Of a stretch of DNA of 41,003 nt, positions 19,347 through 28,948 are shown piece by piece. Positions within the stretch are counted from its first letter, which is position 1. The number at the start of each line of letters is the position of its first letter. The position numbers and the translations under genes were made by a program. Source of the stretch: Alphaproteobacteria bacterium (GTDB taxonomy: Bacteria; Pseudomonadota; Alphaproteobacteria; SMXQ01); contig JAPUGG010000274.1 in the NCBI GenBank assembly GCA_027292975.1, forward strand, positions 1 to 41,003, given 5' to 3'. The notes under the pieces were generated by a model, which saw only the letters and a list, made by a program, of their open reading frames with translations, did not search any database and was not told the origin of the DNA.

Positions 19347-20663
19347 GTGAGTGACCAATCCAGCATCGGGGACGGCGGCGCCGGCTACAAGGTCGCCGAT
19401 ATCGGCTTGGCCGAATGGGGCCGCAAGGAAATCTCCATCGCCGAAACGGAAATGCCGGGATTGATGGCGCTGCGCGAGGAGTATGGCGCCGCGCAGCCCC
19501 TCAAGGGCGCGCGCATCGCCGGCTGCCTGCATATGACCATCCAGACCGCGGTGCTGATCGAGACACTGATCAACCTCGGCGCCGATCTGCGTTGGAGTTC
19601 GTGCAACATCTTCTCGACCCAGGACCACGCCGCGGCGGCCATCGCCGCCGCCGCCATTCCCGTCTTTGCCTGGAAGGGGGAGACCGAAGAGGAGGCCGTG
19701 TGGTGCATCGAGCAGACCATCGACGGCCCCGACGGATGGCGGCCAAATATGATCCTCGATGACGGCGGCGACCTCACCAGGATCATGCACCATGAACATC
19801 CGGAACTGATGGCCGACGTGAAGGGCATCTCCGAAGAGACCACCACCGGCGTCATCCGTCTGTCCGAAATGCAGAAGCGCGGCGAACTGTTGGCGCCCGC
19901 CATCAACGTCAACGATTCCGTCACAAAGTCCAAATTCGACAATCTCTATGGCTGCCGGGAGAGCCTGATCGACGGCATCAAGCGGGCCACCGACGTCATG
20001 CTGGGCGGCAAGACCGCGGTGGTGGCCGGCTACGGCGACGTCGGCAAGGGCTGCGTCGCGGCCCTGGCCGGCCAGGGGGCGCGCGTCATCGTCACCGAAA
20101 TCGACCCCATCTGCGCCCTTCAGGCAGCCATGGAAGGCCATCAGGTGATGACCATGGACCAGGCCGCCCCGCTGGGCGATCTGTTCGTCACCGCCACCGG
20201 CAATATCGACGTCGTGACCATCGATCATATGCGCGCCATGAAGGACCGCGCCATCGTCTGCAACATCGGCCATTTCGATAGCGAGATCCAAATCAACGCG
20301 CTGCGCAACATGTCTTGGGACGAGATCAAGCCCCAGGTCCATGAGGTGACCTTGCCCGACGGTAAGCGGCTGATCATATTGGCCGAAGGGCGGCTGGTGA
20401 ACCTGGGCTGCGCCACCGGCCATCCCAGCTTCGTCATGAGCTTCTCGTTCACCAACCAGGTCATCGCCCAGATCGAGTTGTGGCAGAACCATGAAAAATA
20501 TGGCAGGGAGGTGTACTTCCTGCCCAAGAATCTGGACGAAAAAGTAGCGCGGCTCCACCTCGACCACGTCGGCGTGCGCCTGACCCAGCTGACCCGGGAA
20601 CAGGCCGAGTATATCGCCGTCCCCTCGGACGGCCCCTTCAAGCCGGATCACTACCGCTACTAG
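19347..20663 (+). CDS. ahcY: S-adenosyl-L-homocysteine hydrolase
   Basis: [95 protein letters not shown] at 19347 follows AAGGAG. Confidence 0.98.
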   Translation: MSDQSSIGDGGAGYKVADIGLAEWGRKEISIAETEMPGLMALREEYGAAQPLKGARIAGCLHMTIQTAVLIETLINLGADLRWSSCNIFSTQDHAAAAIAAAAIPVFAWKGETEEEAVWCIEQTIDGPDGWRPNMILDDGGDLTRIMHHEHPELMADVKGISEETTTGVIRLSEMQKRGELLAPAINVNDSVTKSKFDNLYGCRESLIDGIKRATDVMLGGKTAVVAGYGDVGKGCVAALAGQGARVIVTEIDPICALQAAMEGHQVMTMDQAAPLGDLFVTATGNIDVVTIDHMRAMKDRAIVCNIGHFDSEIQINALRNMSWDEIKPQVHEVTLPDGKRLIILAEGRLVNLGCATGHPSFVMSFSFTNQVIAQIELWQNHEKYGREVYFLPKNLDEKVARLHLDHVGVRLTQLTREQAEYIAVPSDGPFKPDHYRY

Positions 20664-20672
20664 GGCACGAGG

Positions 20673-20706
20673 GCCTTTCCCGGCCAACGCGTGGGCCGGG
20701 AAAGGC
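20673..20706 (+). terminator. 13-bp hairpin after ahcY (probable terminator)
   Basis: GCCTTTCCCGGCC-aacgcgtg-GGCCGGGAAAGGC, followed by a weak T tract (gatgctttt). Confidence 0.55.
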
Positions 20707-20747
20707 GATGCTTTTCGCCAACGGCTTGTGGGCGGCCGGGGAGAGGC

Positions 20748-20989
20748 CGAGAGCATTTCCGGGCCAGATTGAACCATTTGACCGGGATGATTTTGCCCCA
20801 AGGCTAGGCGCGCGTCGCATGGCGATGTGGGGCATCGGCGAAGGTGGGCAACAACGCCTCGGGGTAAAAGCACCCGGCCTTTGGTGGGGCTCGTCATGCG
20901 AAGCGTGCATCCGCACGACGCCCCGCGTCTGCCCTGGAAACCGATGAGCACCCATCAAATTGATTCAATCTGGCCCGGAAGTGCTCTAG
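20748..20989. mobile_element. 242-bp non-autonomous inverted-repeat element (MITE/CIR/RIME-like)
   Basis: Left end CGAGAGCATTTCCGGGCCAGATTGAACCATTTGA. Reverse complement of right end CTAGAGCACTTCCGGGCCAGATTGAATCAATTTGA. About 34-bp imperfect terminal inverted repeats, a GANTC site in the right arm, no credible ORF. Confidence 0.75.
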
Positions 20990-21085
20990 ACTGCCGCCGT
21001 GTTGCACGGGGGTTTCATCGACCGGCGAATGCCGCCCCGGCCAAGCCGGGCGCGGGACGCCGTGCTTAACGCCCCGCGGACACGT

Positions 21086-23548
21086 ATGGGCCGGGTCCCC
21101 GCTGCCCTTCCCATCCCCTTTTTGGGGGCCCAAAGCGCCGATACCCTGAACCTCCAGATCCTCGCCGCGCTCTTGGTCGCCGGGCTCCTGATTGCCGTAT
21201 TCCTTGCCGTCCGGCTGGCCCTCGCCCGTGACCGCGGCCGAGATGCCCTGACGGATGCCGAGCTCCGGGCGGCGGGTTTGGACGCGGCGGCGGCCGCGGC
21301 TCCCGGCAGTTACTGGTCTTGGCCCGCATCCGCCCCGTCCGAGGACCCCGGGACCGGGGGACCGGGCTTGGCCGCCTTGCTGGGCGGCGGCGATGGTGAC
21401 CTCCAAACCTTTGATGGTGTCGTTGGAGCCTTGGCGCCGGGCCCGGCCGGCGACCTCAGCGACTACGTGGCGGCGCTGCGCAGGACGGCGGCGCCGTTTA
21501 CCCTGACCATTAGTGATGCCGGCGGCAAGCGCACCTTTGAAGTCCACGGTGCGCGCAGCGCCGGGTCCGAGGGCATCCCCGGCTTCGATACGGTCTGGTT
21601 CCGGGATATCAGCAAATCCGCGCAGGCGGCGGCGACGACCAAGCAGCGCACCGAGGAACTCACCTCTCTCAGCGCCCAATACCGCAATACTTTGGACCTC
21701 ACCGGAATCCCCGTATGGGTGCGGGGGCCGGGGCTCGATCTCGCTTATTGCAATCGGGCCTTCGCCGAGGCGGTGGAGGAGGACTCGCCCGCGGCGGCGG
21801 TGACGGGATGCGCGGAAATCGCCGGCGGGCCCACGGGCTGGGGACGGGAACTCGCCGAGGAGGCCCGGCGGACGGGCACCCCGGTCACCCGCAGCACCTA
21901 TGTGGTGGCGGGTGGAGAACGCAGGTTCATGGAAATAACCGAGCTTCCCATGGGCGGCGCTTCCAGCCCTTGGCAGGTTATGGGGATCGCCATCGACCGG
22001 ACCGACGCCGAGGAAGCCCGTGGCGATCTTTCACGCCACATGATGGCCCATGGCGAGGTCCTGGAGCGCTTAGGCACGGGGATCGTAATTTTCGGCGCCG
22101 ACACCCGCGTTCAGTTCGCCAACACCGCCTTTGCCCGGTTGTGGGACCTGGACGAGCAATGGCTCAAGACGGCGCCCACCCACGGCGAGGTGCTGGAGGA
22201 CCTTCGCGCCCGCCGGGTCTACCCCGACCAGACGGATTTCCAGCAATTCAAGCTCGAAGTCATGGGGCTCTACACCTCTTTGATCGACCCCCGGGAAGAA
22301 CTTCTCTACCTCCCCGATGAACGCGTCTTTCGCGAGGTGGTCAACGCCCATCCCTTCGGCGGCCTGCTGGTGACCTACGAAGACGTGACCGACCGGCTGA
22401 CCCTGGAACGGTCCTACAACACGCTGATCGAGGTGCAATCGGAAACCCTGGACAACCTCCTCGAAGGGGTCGTGGTGTTCGGCACCGACGGGCGCATCAG
22501 GTTGTCCAATCCGGGTTATGCGCGCATTTGGAAGCTCGACGCCCAAACCCTGCGGGGCGAACCGAGGCTCGCCGACATCATCGAGGAGGTGCGTGACCTG
22601 TTCATTTTCGAGGGTCCCTGGGAGACCTTCCGGGATAAGATCCTGGCCGGAGTCATGGACCGCACGCCGCGCACCGGAAGGTTCGAGCGCGCCGATGGTT
22701 CGGTGATCGACTATGCGGCGGTGCCCCTGCCCGACGGTGCCATGATGTTCGGCTATATCGACGTCACCGACACGGTCTCGGTCCAGCGCGCCCTGGCCCA
22801 ACGCAACGAGGCCCTGCTTGCCGCGGATGGCCTGAAATCGCAATTCATCACCAACGTGTCCTACGAATTTCGCACGCCGCTCAACAGCATCATCGGCTTC
22901 ACGGAGATCCTGTCTAATCAGTATTTCGGCACGCTCAACGAACGCCAGGGAGAATTTGCCGAAAATATTCTTCAGGCCTCGAGGGTCCTGTTGTTTTTGA
23001 TCGACAACATCCTCGATCTCGCCCTCATCGACGCCGGCGGGCTGGAGTTGGAGCGCGGTGAGGTGGATATCCACGCCATGATAGAATCCGTAGCGGCCCT
23101 GGCCCGGACCCGGAAACAAGAGATTTCCTTGGAGATCGATTGCCCCGAGGATATCGGCGCCCTGATCGGCGACGAGCGGCGACTCAAGCAGGCGCTGTTT
23201 AATCTGGTGATCAACGCCATTACCCATACGCCGGCCCACGGGCAAATTTCCCTTGCGGTGCGCCGTCAGAACGGTGCCGTCGAGTTTTCCGTGACCGATA
23301 CCGGGCCGGGGATCCCCGAAGAGGAATTCGACCGTCTCCTTGGCCGCTTCGAGACCGGTCGGGGCAGCGCCGAAAGGGGCAAGGGGCTGGGGCTTGGCCT
23401 GGCCCTTGTGAAAAGCTTCGTCGAACTTCATGGCGGCCGCCTGGTGCTGGCCTCGGCGCCGGGCGAGGGAACCACCGTGTCTTTCGACGTCCCCGCCGAC
23501 CGCACGGCCCCAACCGGGCAGGGTACCGAGGCCGAACCCGCGCCATAG
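21086..23548 (+). CDS. divL: DivL-like multi-PAS histidine pseudokinase (His->Tyr)
   Basis: N-terminal TM, several PAS-like repeats, H-box FITNVSYEFRTPLNSIIGF with Tyr at the phospho-His position, HATPase_c (DERRLKQALFNL, DTGPGI, GLGLGLALVKSFVELHGG). ahcY-divL-tsaE synteny. Start codon uncertain (20999-21150). Confidence 0.85.
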   Translation: MGRVPAALPIPFLGAQSADTLNLQILAALLVAGLLIAVFLAVRLALARDRGRDALTDAELRAAGLDAAAAAAPGSYWSWPASAPSEDPGTGGPGLAALLGGGDGDLQTFDGVVGALAPGPAGDLSDYVAALRRTAAPFTLTISDAGGKRTFEVHGARSAGSEGIPGFDTVWFRDISKSAQAAATTKQRTEELTSLSAQYRNTLDLTGIPVWVRGPGLDLAYCNRAFAEAVEEDSPAAAVTGCAEIAGGPTGWGRELAEEARRTGTPVTRSTYVVAGGERRFMEITELPMGGASSPWQVMGIAIDRTDAEEARGDLSRHMMAHGEVLERLGTGIVIFGADTRVQFANTAFARLWDLDEQWLKTAPTHGEVLEDLRARRVYPDQTDFQQFKLEVMGLYTSLIDPREELLYLPDERVFREVVNAHPFGGLLVTYEDVTDRLTLERSYNTLIEVQSETLDNLLEGVVVFGTDGRIRLSNPGYARIWKLDAQTLRGEPRLADIIEEVRDLFIFEGPWETFRDKILAGVMDRTPRTGRFERADGSVIDYAAVPLPDGAMMFGYIDVTDTVSVQRALAQRNEALLAADGLKSQFITNVSYEFRTPLNSIIGFTEILSNQYFGTLNERQGEFAENILQASRVLLFLIDNILDLALIDAGGLELERGEVDIHAMIESVAALARTRKQEISLEIDCPEDIGALIGDERRLKQALFNLVINAITHTPAHGQISLAVRRQNGAVEFSVTDTGPGIPEEEFDRLLGRFETGRGSAERGKGLGLGLALVKSFVELHGGRLVLASAPGEGTTVSFDVPADRTAPTGQGTEAEPAP

Positions 23549-23628
23549 GGCACGATGGACCGAACCCGCGCCATGGGCCGCGGCGCCGGGTCTACAAGCC
23601 AATCGATGCGAGGAAATCTTCGCCGACC

Positions 23629-24111
23629 ATGATCGAACTTGCACTTTCCGACCTCGAGGCCACCCGATCCCTGGCCCGGCGCCTGGCGCCCGCACTTGGT
23701 GCCGGCGACGTGATCGGCCTGGCGGGGCCCTTGGGGGCGGGCAAGACGACCTTTGCCCGGGCCCTGATCGAAGCACTGGCGAAGGCGGGCGGCGGGGGCC
23801 CCGTGGGCGAGGTGCCGAGCCCCACCTTTTCCCTGGTCCAGGTGTACGAGACCGGCGCCGTGCCGGTCTGGCACTTCGATCTCTATCGCCTGGAACACCC
23901 GGCCGATGCCCTGGAACTGGCCGTCGAGGAGGCCTTCGCCGGCGCCATATCCCTGGTCGAATGGCCCGAACGCCTGGGCGAGATTATGCCCGGCGACTGG
24001 CTGGAGTTGCGCATGGAGCGCCACGGCGACGGTGCCCGGCGCGCCGTCATCCGGGGCTATGGGCCTCGGGGGATGGCACTCGAGCGGGCCTTGCAGAAGA
24101 CCGCCCCATGA
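23629..24111 (+). CDS. tsaE: t6A biosynthesis ATPase TsaE
   Basis: L.GPLGAGKTTFAR, VPSPTFSLVQ.Y, HFDLYRL, LVEWPERL. Confidence 0.96.
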   Translation: MIELALSDLEATRSLARRLAPALGAGDVIGLAGPLGAGKTTFARALIEALAKAGGGGPVGEVPSPTFSLVQVYETGAVPVWHFDLYRLEHPADALELAVEEAFAGAISLVEWPERLGEIMPGDWLELRMERHGDGARRAVIRGYGPRGMALERALQKTAP

Positions 24112-25157
24112 ACGGCGGCGACGCAGCTCCGGCCCGCCATGATCGCCTCCGGGCCGGGTCGATCCAAAGCCTGCTGAACGACGCCGGCTTCGGGGCGGCG
24201 ACGTTCACCACTCTCGCGGCCGATGCCTCCTTCCGCCGCTATGCCCGCGTAACCGGCGGACCGCGCCCGGCCCTGCTGATGGACGCGCCGCCGGAAAAAG
24301 AGGACGTCCGGCCCTGGTTGGCAGTCGCCCGCCACCTGCGGCGTCTCGGTTTCAGCGCACCCGAGGTGTTCGCCGCCGATGAGGATGCGGGGCTGTTGTT
24401 GATCGAGGATTTCGGCGACGACACCTTTACCCGGCTGCTGGCCCAAGGCGGCGCTGAGGCGGCGCTTTACGACCTGGCGGTGGACCTGCTGGCGGCGCTC
24501 CATGAGATCGGCCGTGCCGACGCGGTGCCCGGCTGGCTGCCGCCCTATGACGACGACCGGCTGTTGGGCGAGGCGGCGTTGTTCACCGACTGGTACATGC
24601 CCGCGGCCCTGGGTGCGCCGACGCCGCCCGAGCTGCGCGTGGAGTTCTTAGGCCTTTGGCGTGAGGCGCTCCCGCCCGCCCGCGCGCTGCCGGAAACCCT
24701 GGTCCTACGCGACTACCACGTGGGCAACCTGATGCTGCTACCGGATCGCCATGGGATCGCCGCCTGTGGGTTGCTCGATTTCCAGGACGCGGTGGCGGGC
24801 GCCTGCGCCTATGACGTCGTCTCCCTCATCAAAGACGCGCGCCGCGACCTCGGCCCGGGGATCGCGGCGCGGGCCGAAGCGCGGTATCTGGAACGCTTCC
24901 CCGGCCTCGACCGCGCCGGATTCGCCGCCGCCGCCGCGGTGCTCGCCGCCGGTCGAGCCGCCAAGATCATCGGCATTTTCACCCGGCTTTGGAAACGGGA
25001 CGGCAAGCCGGATTATCTCACCCATATCCCAAGGGTCTGGCATTTGTTGGAAGCCGATCTCGGTCATCCCGCGCTGGCGCCTCTCAGGGACTGGTTCGCC
25101 AAGGCGGTGCCGCCCGCCAAACGCGCCGTGCCCGGACCGGGCGGGAGTGGGCGGTGA
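24108..25157 (+). CDS. amgK: N-acetylmuramate/GlcNAc anomeric kinase (APH-like phosphotransferase)
   Basis: LAADASFRRYAR, LMDAPP, GLLLIEDFGD, RDYHVGNLM, LDFQDA, YD.VSL..DAR, KIIGIFTRL..RDGKP.Y. Lies between tsaE and murU. ATG at 24108. Confidence 0.85.
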   Translation: MNGGDAAPARHDRLRAGSIQSLLNDAGFGAATFTTLAADASFRRYARVTGGPRPALLMDAPPEKEDVRPWLAVARHLRRLGFSAPEVFAADEDAGLLLIEDFGDDTFTRLLAQGGAEAALYDLAVDLLAALHEIGRADAVPGWLPPYDDDRLLGEAALFTDWYMPAALGAPTPPELRVEFLGLWREALPPARALPETLVLRDYHVGNLMLLPDRHGIAACGLLDFQDAVAGACAYDVVSLIKDARRDLGPGIAARAEARYLERFPGLDRAGFAAAAAVLAAGRAAKIIGIFTRLWKRDGKPDYLTHIPRVWHLLEADLGHPALAPLRDWFAKAVPPAKRAVPGPGGSGR

Positions 25158-25891
25158 ACGGTCCAATGCCCGAATTCGCCATGGTGCTGGCCGCCGGGCT
25201 GGGCACCCGGCTGGGGCCGTTCACCGATGATCTGCCCAAGCCCCTGGTCGAGGTGGCGGGCCGCGCCATCCTGGACCGGGTGCTCGACGCGCTGGCCGAT
25301 GCCGCGGTGGCGCGCTGCGTCGTCAACACCCATTATCTCGCGCCGATGATCGAGGCCCACCTCGCCGGCCGCACGGCACCGGAAGCGGAGCTGTCCCACG
25401 AGGACCAGCTGCTTGATACCGGCGGCGGCGTCGCCCGGGCGCTGCCGGCCCTGGGCGCCCGGCCCTTCTTCGTGATCAATGCCGATATCCTGTGGAGCGA
25501 AGGCCCCGGCGGGGCGGCGCTGGCGCGCCTGGCCGCGGATTTCGATTCCCAGACCATGGACGCGCTGCTGCTTTTGGTGCCCCTAGAGCGGTCCATGGGC
25601 TATGACGGGCCGGGCGATTTCATGTGCGATGACCGGGGCCGTCTCAGGCGGCGGGGCCGGGCGGCCTCCGCGCCCTATGTCTTCACCGGGCTGCAAATCC
25701 TCGATCCGCGGCTTTTCGGCGATTGCCCCGATGGCGCTTTTTCCCTCAACATCCTCTACGACCGCGCCATTGCCTCGGGCCGCGCCTTCGGTATCGAGCA
25801 TACCGGGCGCTGGTTCCATATCGGTACGCCCGCGGGGCTGGAGTTAGCCTCGGCCGCCCTTGGCGCGGCGCCGGAACTTCGCCGCCCATGA
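25154..25891 (+). CDS. murU: N-acetylmuramate alpha-1-phosphate uridylyltransferase (nucleotidyltransferase)
   Basis: AMVLAAGLGTR..P.T...PKPLV.V.G, VVNTHY, LLDTGGG, NAD.LW, W.HIGTP. Follows amgK. Confidence 0.85.
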   Translation: MNGPMPEFAMVLAAGLGTRLGPFTDDLPKPLVEVAGRAILDRVLDALADAAVARCVVNTHYLAPMIEAHLAGRTAPEAELSHEDQLLDTGGGVARALPALGARPFFVINADILWSEGPGGAALARLAADFDSQTMDALLLLVPLERSMGYDGPGDFMCDDRGRLRRRGRAASAPYVFTGLQILDPRLFGDCPDGAFSLNILYDRAIASGRAFGIEHTGRWFHIGTPAGLELASAALGAAPELRRP

Positions 25892-28800
25892 GCGCCCCTG
25901 GCCTGAATGTCTATACCATCGACGCCGGCATTCCCTTCGTCGATGCCCTGGCCCGGGGGCTGCTGGCGCGGATCACCCGCGACCATGGGGACGATCCCTT
26001 GGCGCTGGCCCGGGTGACCGTCTTGCTGCCGACCCGCCGCGCGGTGCGGTCGCTCAGCGAGGCGTTCCTCCGCGCTTCGGGCGGGACGCCCCTGTTGCTG
26101 CCCCGCATGATGCCGCTGGGCGATCTCGACGAGGACGAGCTGCTGATCACCTTTGAGGCCGCCGGCCCGGCGGCCGACGGAACGGGGCCCGAGGCCGGCC
26201 AGCCGCTTGCGCCGGTGATCGGCGGCCTGCGCCGGCAATTGATCCTGGCCCGCCTGGTGATGACCTTCGGCGGCCGCACTTGGCCGACCCCACCCGACGC
26301 CGGCCAGGCGGCGGAGTTGGCATCCGCGTTGGCCCGGCTGCTCGACCAGATGGAGACCGAGCGCCTCGGCTTCGAGGGTCTCGCCGACCTGGTTCCCGAG
26401 CGCTTCTCCGAGCATTGGCAGGCGACTCTGGAATTCCTCAAGATCGTGACCGAATTCTGGCCCCGGGAACTGGCCGAAGAGGGCGCCATCGGTCCCGCCG
26501 AGCGGCGCAACCGCCTGTTGGCCGCCCAAGGTGCTGCCTGGACGGCCGCCCCGCCCCGGGATTGGGTGGTGGCGGCGGGCTCCACCGGTTCGATTCCGGC
26601 GACCGCCGATCTGCTGGCCGTCATCGCCCGGGCCGATCGCGGGGCCGTGGTGCTGCCGGGCCTCGATGCCGCGCTCACCGACCGGGCCTGGGACGCCCTG
26701 CCCGAAAGCCATCCCCAGTACGGGTTTGCCCGGCTGCTGGCGCTGCTCGGCATGGCCCGCCAAGAGGTTCTCAGCTTCGCCGCCGATTGGCCCCATGGCG
26801 TTGAACCGGCGGCGCCTCAGCTTCGGGCCCAAGTGCTCTCCCGGGCCATGAATCCCCTTCCCCAGGGGCAGCCCCAGGGGACCGGCGCGGCGCTGGCGGG
26901 GGTCGGCCTCGCCAGTTGCCCGACCTCGTCCGATGAGGCGGCCACCATCGCTTTGCGCATGCGCGGCGCGCTCGAAAAGCCAGGCGCGACCGCGGCCCTG
27001 GTCACCCCCGACCGCGGGCTCGCCCGCAGGGTGGCCGCGCGGCTCGGCCACTGGGGCATCGAGGTCGACGATTCCGCGGGCACGCCGCTCGCCGCCACCG
27101 CGGCCGGATCCTTTTTCCGGCTGATCGCCGATATGGTCGGCGACGGTTTCGCGCCCCTTGCGGTGCTGGCCTGCCTCAAGCACCCGCTGGCCGCCGGTGG
27201 CACCGACCAAGCCAGTTTCAGGGGCGCCGTCAGGGCCCTGGAAACCCATGTCCTGCGCGGTCCCCGCCCGGGTCCAGGCCTCCATGGCCTCCGCCAGAGG
27301 ATCGAAGCCGCCCTCGAGTTCGCCGGGGAGGAAGACCAGGAGGAGCTCGAGCGTTTAGGGTCATGGACCCGCTCCATCGCCCAATTGATGGCGCCTCTCG
27401 CCGCCGCCATGACCGGACCGGACATCGCCTTGGGGGATATCGTGCGCGCCCATGTCGGCGCCGCCGAGGCGCTGGCGGCGACGGAAGGGGAATCGGGCGC
27501 CGCCCGGCTCTGGCGGGGCGACGATGGCGAAGCGCTGGCCGCTTTCGCCGCCGAGATCCTGGACTCCGGGGCGAGCATGCCGCCGCTTCCGGGCGCCCGC
27601 TATCCGGCGCTGCTGGGCGCCCTGATGGCCGGCCGCGTGGTGCGGCCCGGCTGGGGCCGCCATCCCCGCCTGTTCATCTGGGGACCGCTGGAGGCGCGCC
27701 TCCAACACGCCGATGTCATGATCCTGGGCGGCCTCAACGAAGGCACCTGGCCGGCCGATGCCGGCAGCGACCCGTGGATGAGCCGCCCCATGCGGGCCGC
27801 CCTCGGCCTGCCCCTGCCCGAGCGGCGCATCGGCCTCGCCGCCCACGATTTCGCCCAGGCGTTTTCCGCGCCCGAGGTGCTGCTGACCCGGGCCCAACGG
27901 GTGGACGGCACGCCGACGGTTCCCTCGCGCTGGCTGGCACGCCTGGAAAACGCGTTGCCCGAGGGGGAATTCGCGGCCCTCGAGGCGCGCGGCGAAGCCT
28001 GGCGGCGGGCCGCCGCCCAACGTGACGAACCGGCCGGGGGCGGCGGCGCGGCATTGGCCCGCCCGGCGCCCAAGCCGCCCCTTGCCGCCCGCCCGCGCCG
28101 GCTATCGGTGACCGAGATCGAAACCCTTCAGACCAACCCCTATGCCATCTATGCCAAGCGGATTCTCGGGCTGCGGCGGCTCGACGACATCGATGCCGAT
28201 TCCGGGGCCGCCGAGCGCGGCACCTTCACCCATCAGGCCTTGCAGATTTTCCTCGATCAATGGCCCGACAGGCTGCCCGGCGGCGGGGCGGAGGCGATCA
28301 CCGAAGCGATCATCGAGATCGGCCGCGAAGTGTTCCGCCCGGTCAAAGCGACCCCGGGCCTGTATGCCTTCTGGTGGCCCCGTTTCGAGCGCATCGCCCG
28401 CTGGGTCGCCGAAACCGAAATCGACCGCCGCCCCGGCCTGTTGCCACTGGGCGCCGAACGCCGGGGGAAAATGGTCATCGAGGCGCCGGGGGGCCCATTC
28501 ACCCTCAACGGCACCGCCGACCGGGTGGATCGGCGCGCCGCCGACCACGGGCTGGCGATCGTCGATTACAAGACCGGCGTGCTGCCTAAGGGCAAGGACC
28601 AAAGCACCGGCTTCGCCCCGCAATTGCCGCTGCTCGCGGCCATGGCGGCGGCCGGCGGGCTCGAAGGAATCGCGCCCGGACCGGTGATGGAGCTCGGCTA
28701 TTGGCGGCTCACCGGCGGCGATCCGGTCGGCGAGGAAAGGGCCTTCGCGGTCCCCGCCGCGGAGGCGGCCGAGGACGCCCTCGAAGGGCTCAAGGCCCTG

Positions 28801-28944
28801 ATCGCCCTGTTCGACGATCCCGGCTGGCCCTATCGCCCACGCCCGGTGGCGGGCCATGAGCCGCGCTTCGATGATTACGCCCATCTCGCCCGGGTCTCCG
28901 AATGGTCGATCCTGGAAACCGGGGCAGAGGACGGTGAGGGATGA
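25888..28944 (+). CDS. addB: double-strand break repair protein AddB
   Basis: LLPTRRA, AAGSTGSIPATA, ALVTPDR.LARRV, DDSAG, IWG.LEARL, GGLNEG.WP, SRPMR..LGL..PERRIGL.AHDF, C-terminal PD-(D/E)XK nuclease (ADRVD...DYKTG..PQL). Confidence 0.95.
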   Translation: MSAPGLNVYTIDAGIPFVDALARGLLARITRDHGDDPLALARVTVLLPTRRAVRSLSEAFLRASGGTPLLLPRMMPLGDLDEDELLITFEAAGPAADGTGPEAGQPLAPVIGGLRRQLILARLVMTFGGRTWPTPPDAGQAAELASALARLLDQMETERLGFEGLADLVPERFSEHWQATLEFLKIVTEFWPRELAEEGAIGPAERRNRLLAAQGAAWTAAPPRDWVVAAGSTGSIPATADLLAVIARADRGAVVLPGLDAALTDRAWDALPESHPQYGFARLLALLGMARQEVLSFAADWPHGVEPAAPQLRAQVLSRAMNPLPQGQPQGTGAALAGVGLASCPTSSDEAATIALRMRGALEKPGATAALVTPDRGLARRVAARLGHWGIEVDDSAGTPLAATAAGSFFRLIADMVGDGFAPLAVLACLKHPLAAGGTDQASFRGAVRALETHVLRGPRPGPGLHGLRQRIEAALEFAGEEDQEELERLGSWTRSIAQLMAPLAAAMTGPDIALGDIVRAHVGAAEALAATEGESGAARLWRGDDGEALAAFAAEILDSGASMPPLPGARYPALLGALMAGRVVRPGWGRHPRLFIWGPLEARLQHADVMILGGLNEGTWPADAGSDPWMSRPMRAALGLPLPERRIGLAAHDFAQAFSAPEVLLTRAQRVDGTPTVPSRWLARLENALPEGEFAALEARGEAWRRAAAQRDEPAGGGGAALARPAPKPPLAARPRRLSVTEIETLQTNPYAIYAKRILGLRRLDDIDADSGAAERGTFTHQALQIFLDQWPDRLPGGGAEAITEAIIEIGREVFRPVKATPGLYAFWWPRFERIARWVAETEIDRRPGLLPLGAERRGKMVIEAPGGPFTLNGTADRVDRRAADHGLAIVDYKTGVLPKGKDQSTGFAPQLPLLAAMAAAGGLEGIAPGPVMELGYWRLTGGDPVGEERAFAVPAAEAAEDALEGLKALIALFDDPGWPYRPRPVAGHEPRFDDYAHLARVSEWSILETGAEDGEG

Positions 28945-28948
28945 TGCC

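Noticed and set aside
20638-21069. Small ORFs (20638-20958, 20708-20947, 20827-21069) across the ahcY-divL spacer
   Set aside because: They lie in the inverted-repeat element, have no RBS and show no transposase or other motifs.
23430-25157. 575-aa ORF suggesting a TsaE-AmgK fusion
   Set aside because: The first ~226 codons are an off-frame overlap of divL/tsaE. tsaE ends at 24111 and amgK starts at ATG 24108, so they are separate genes.
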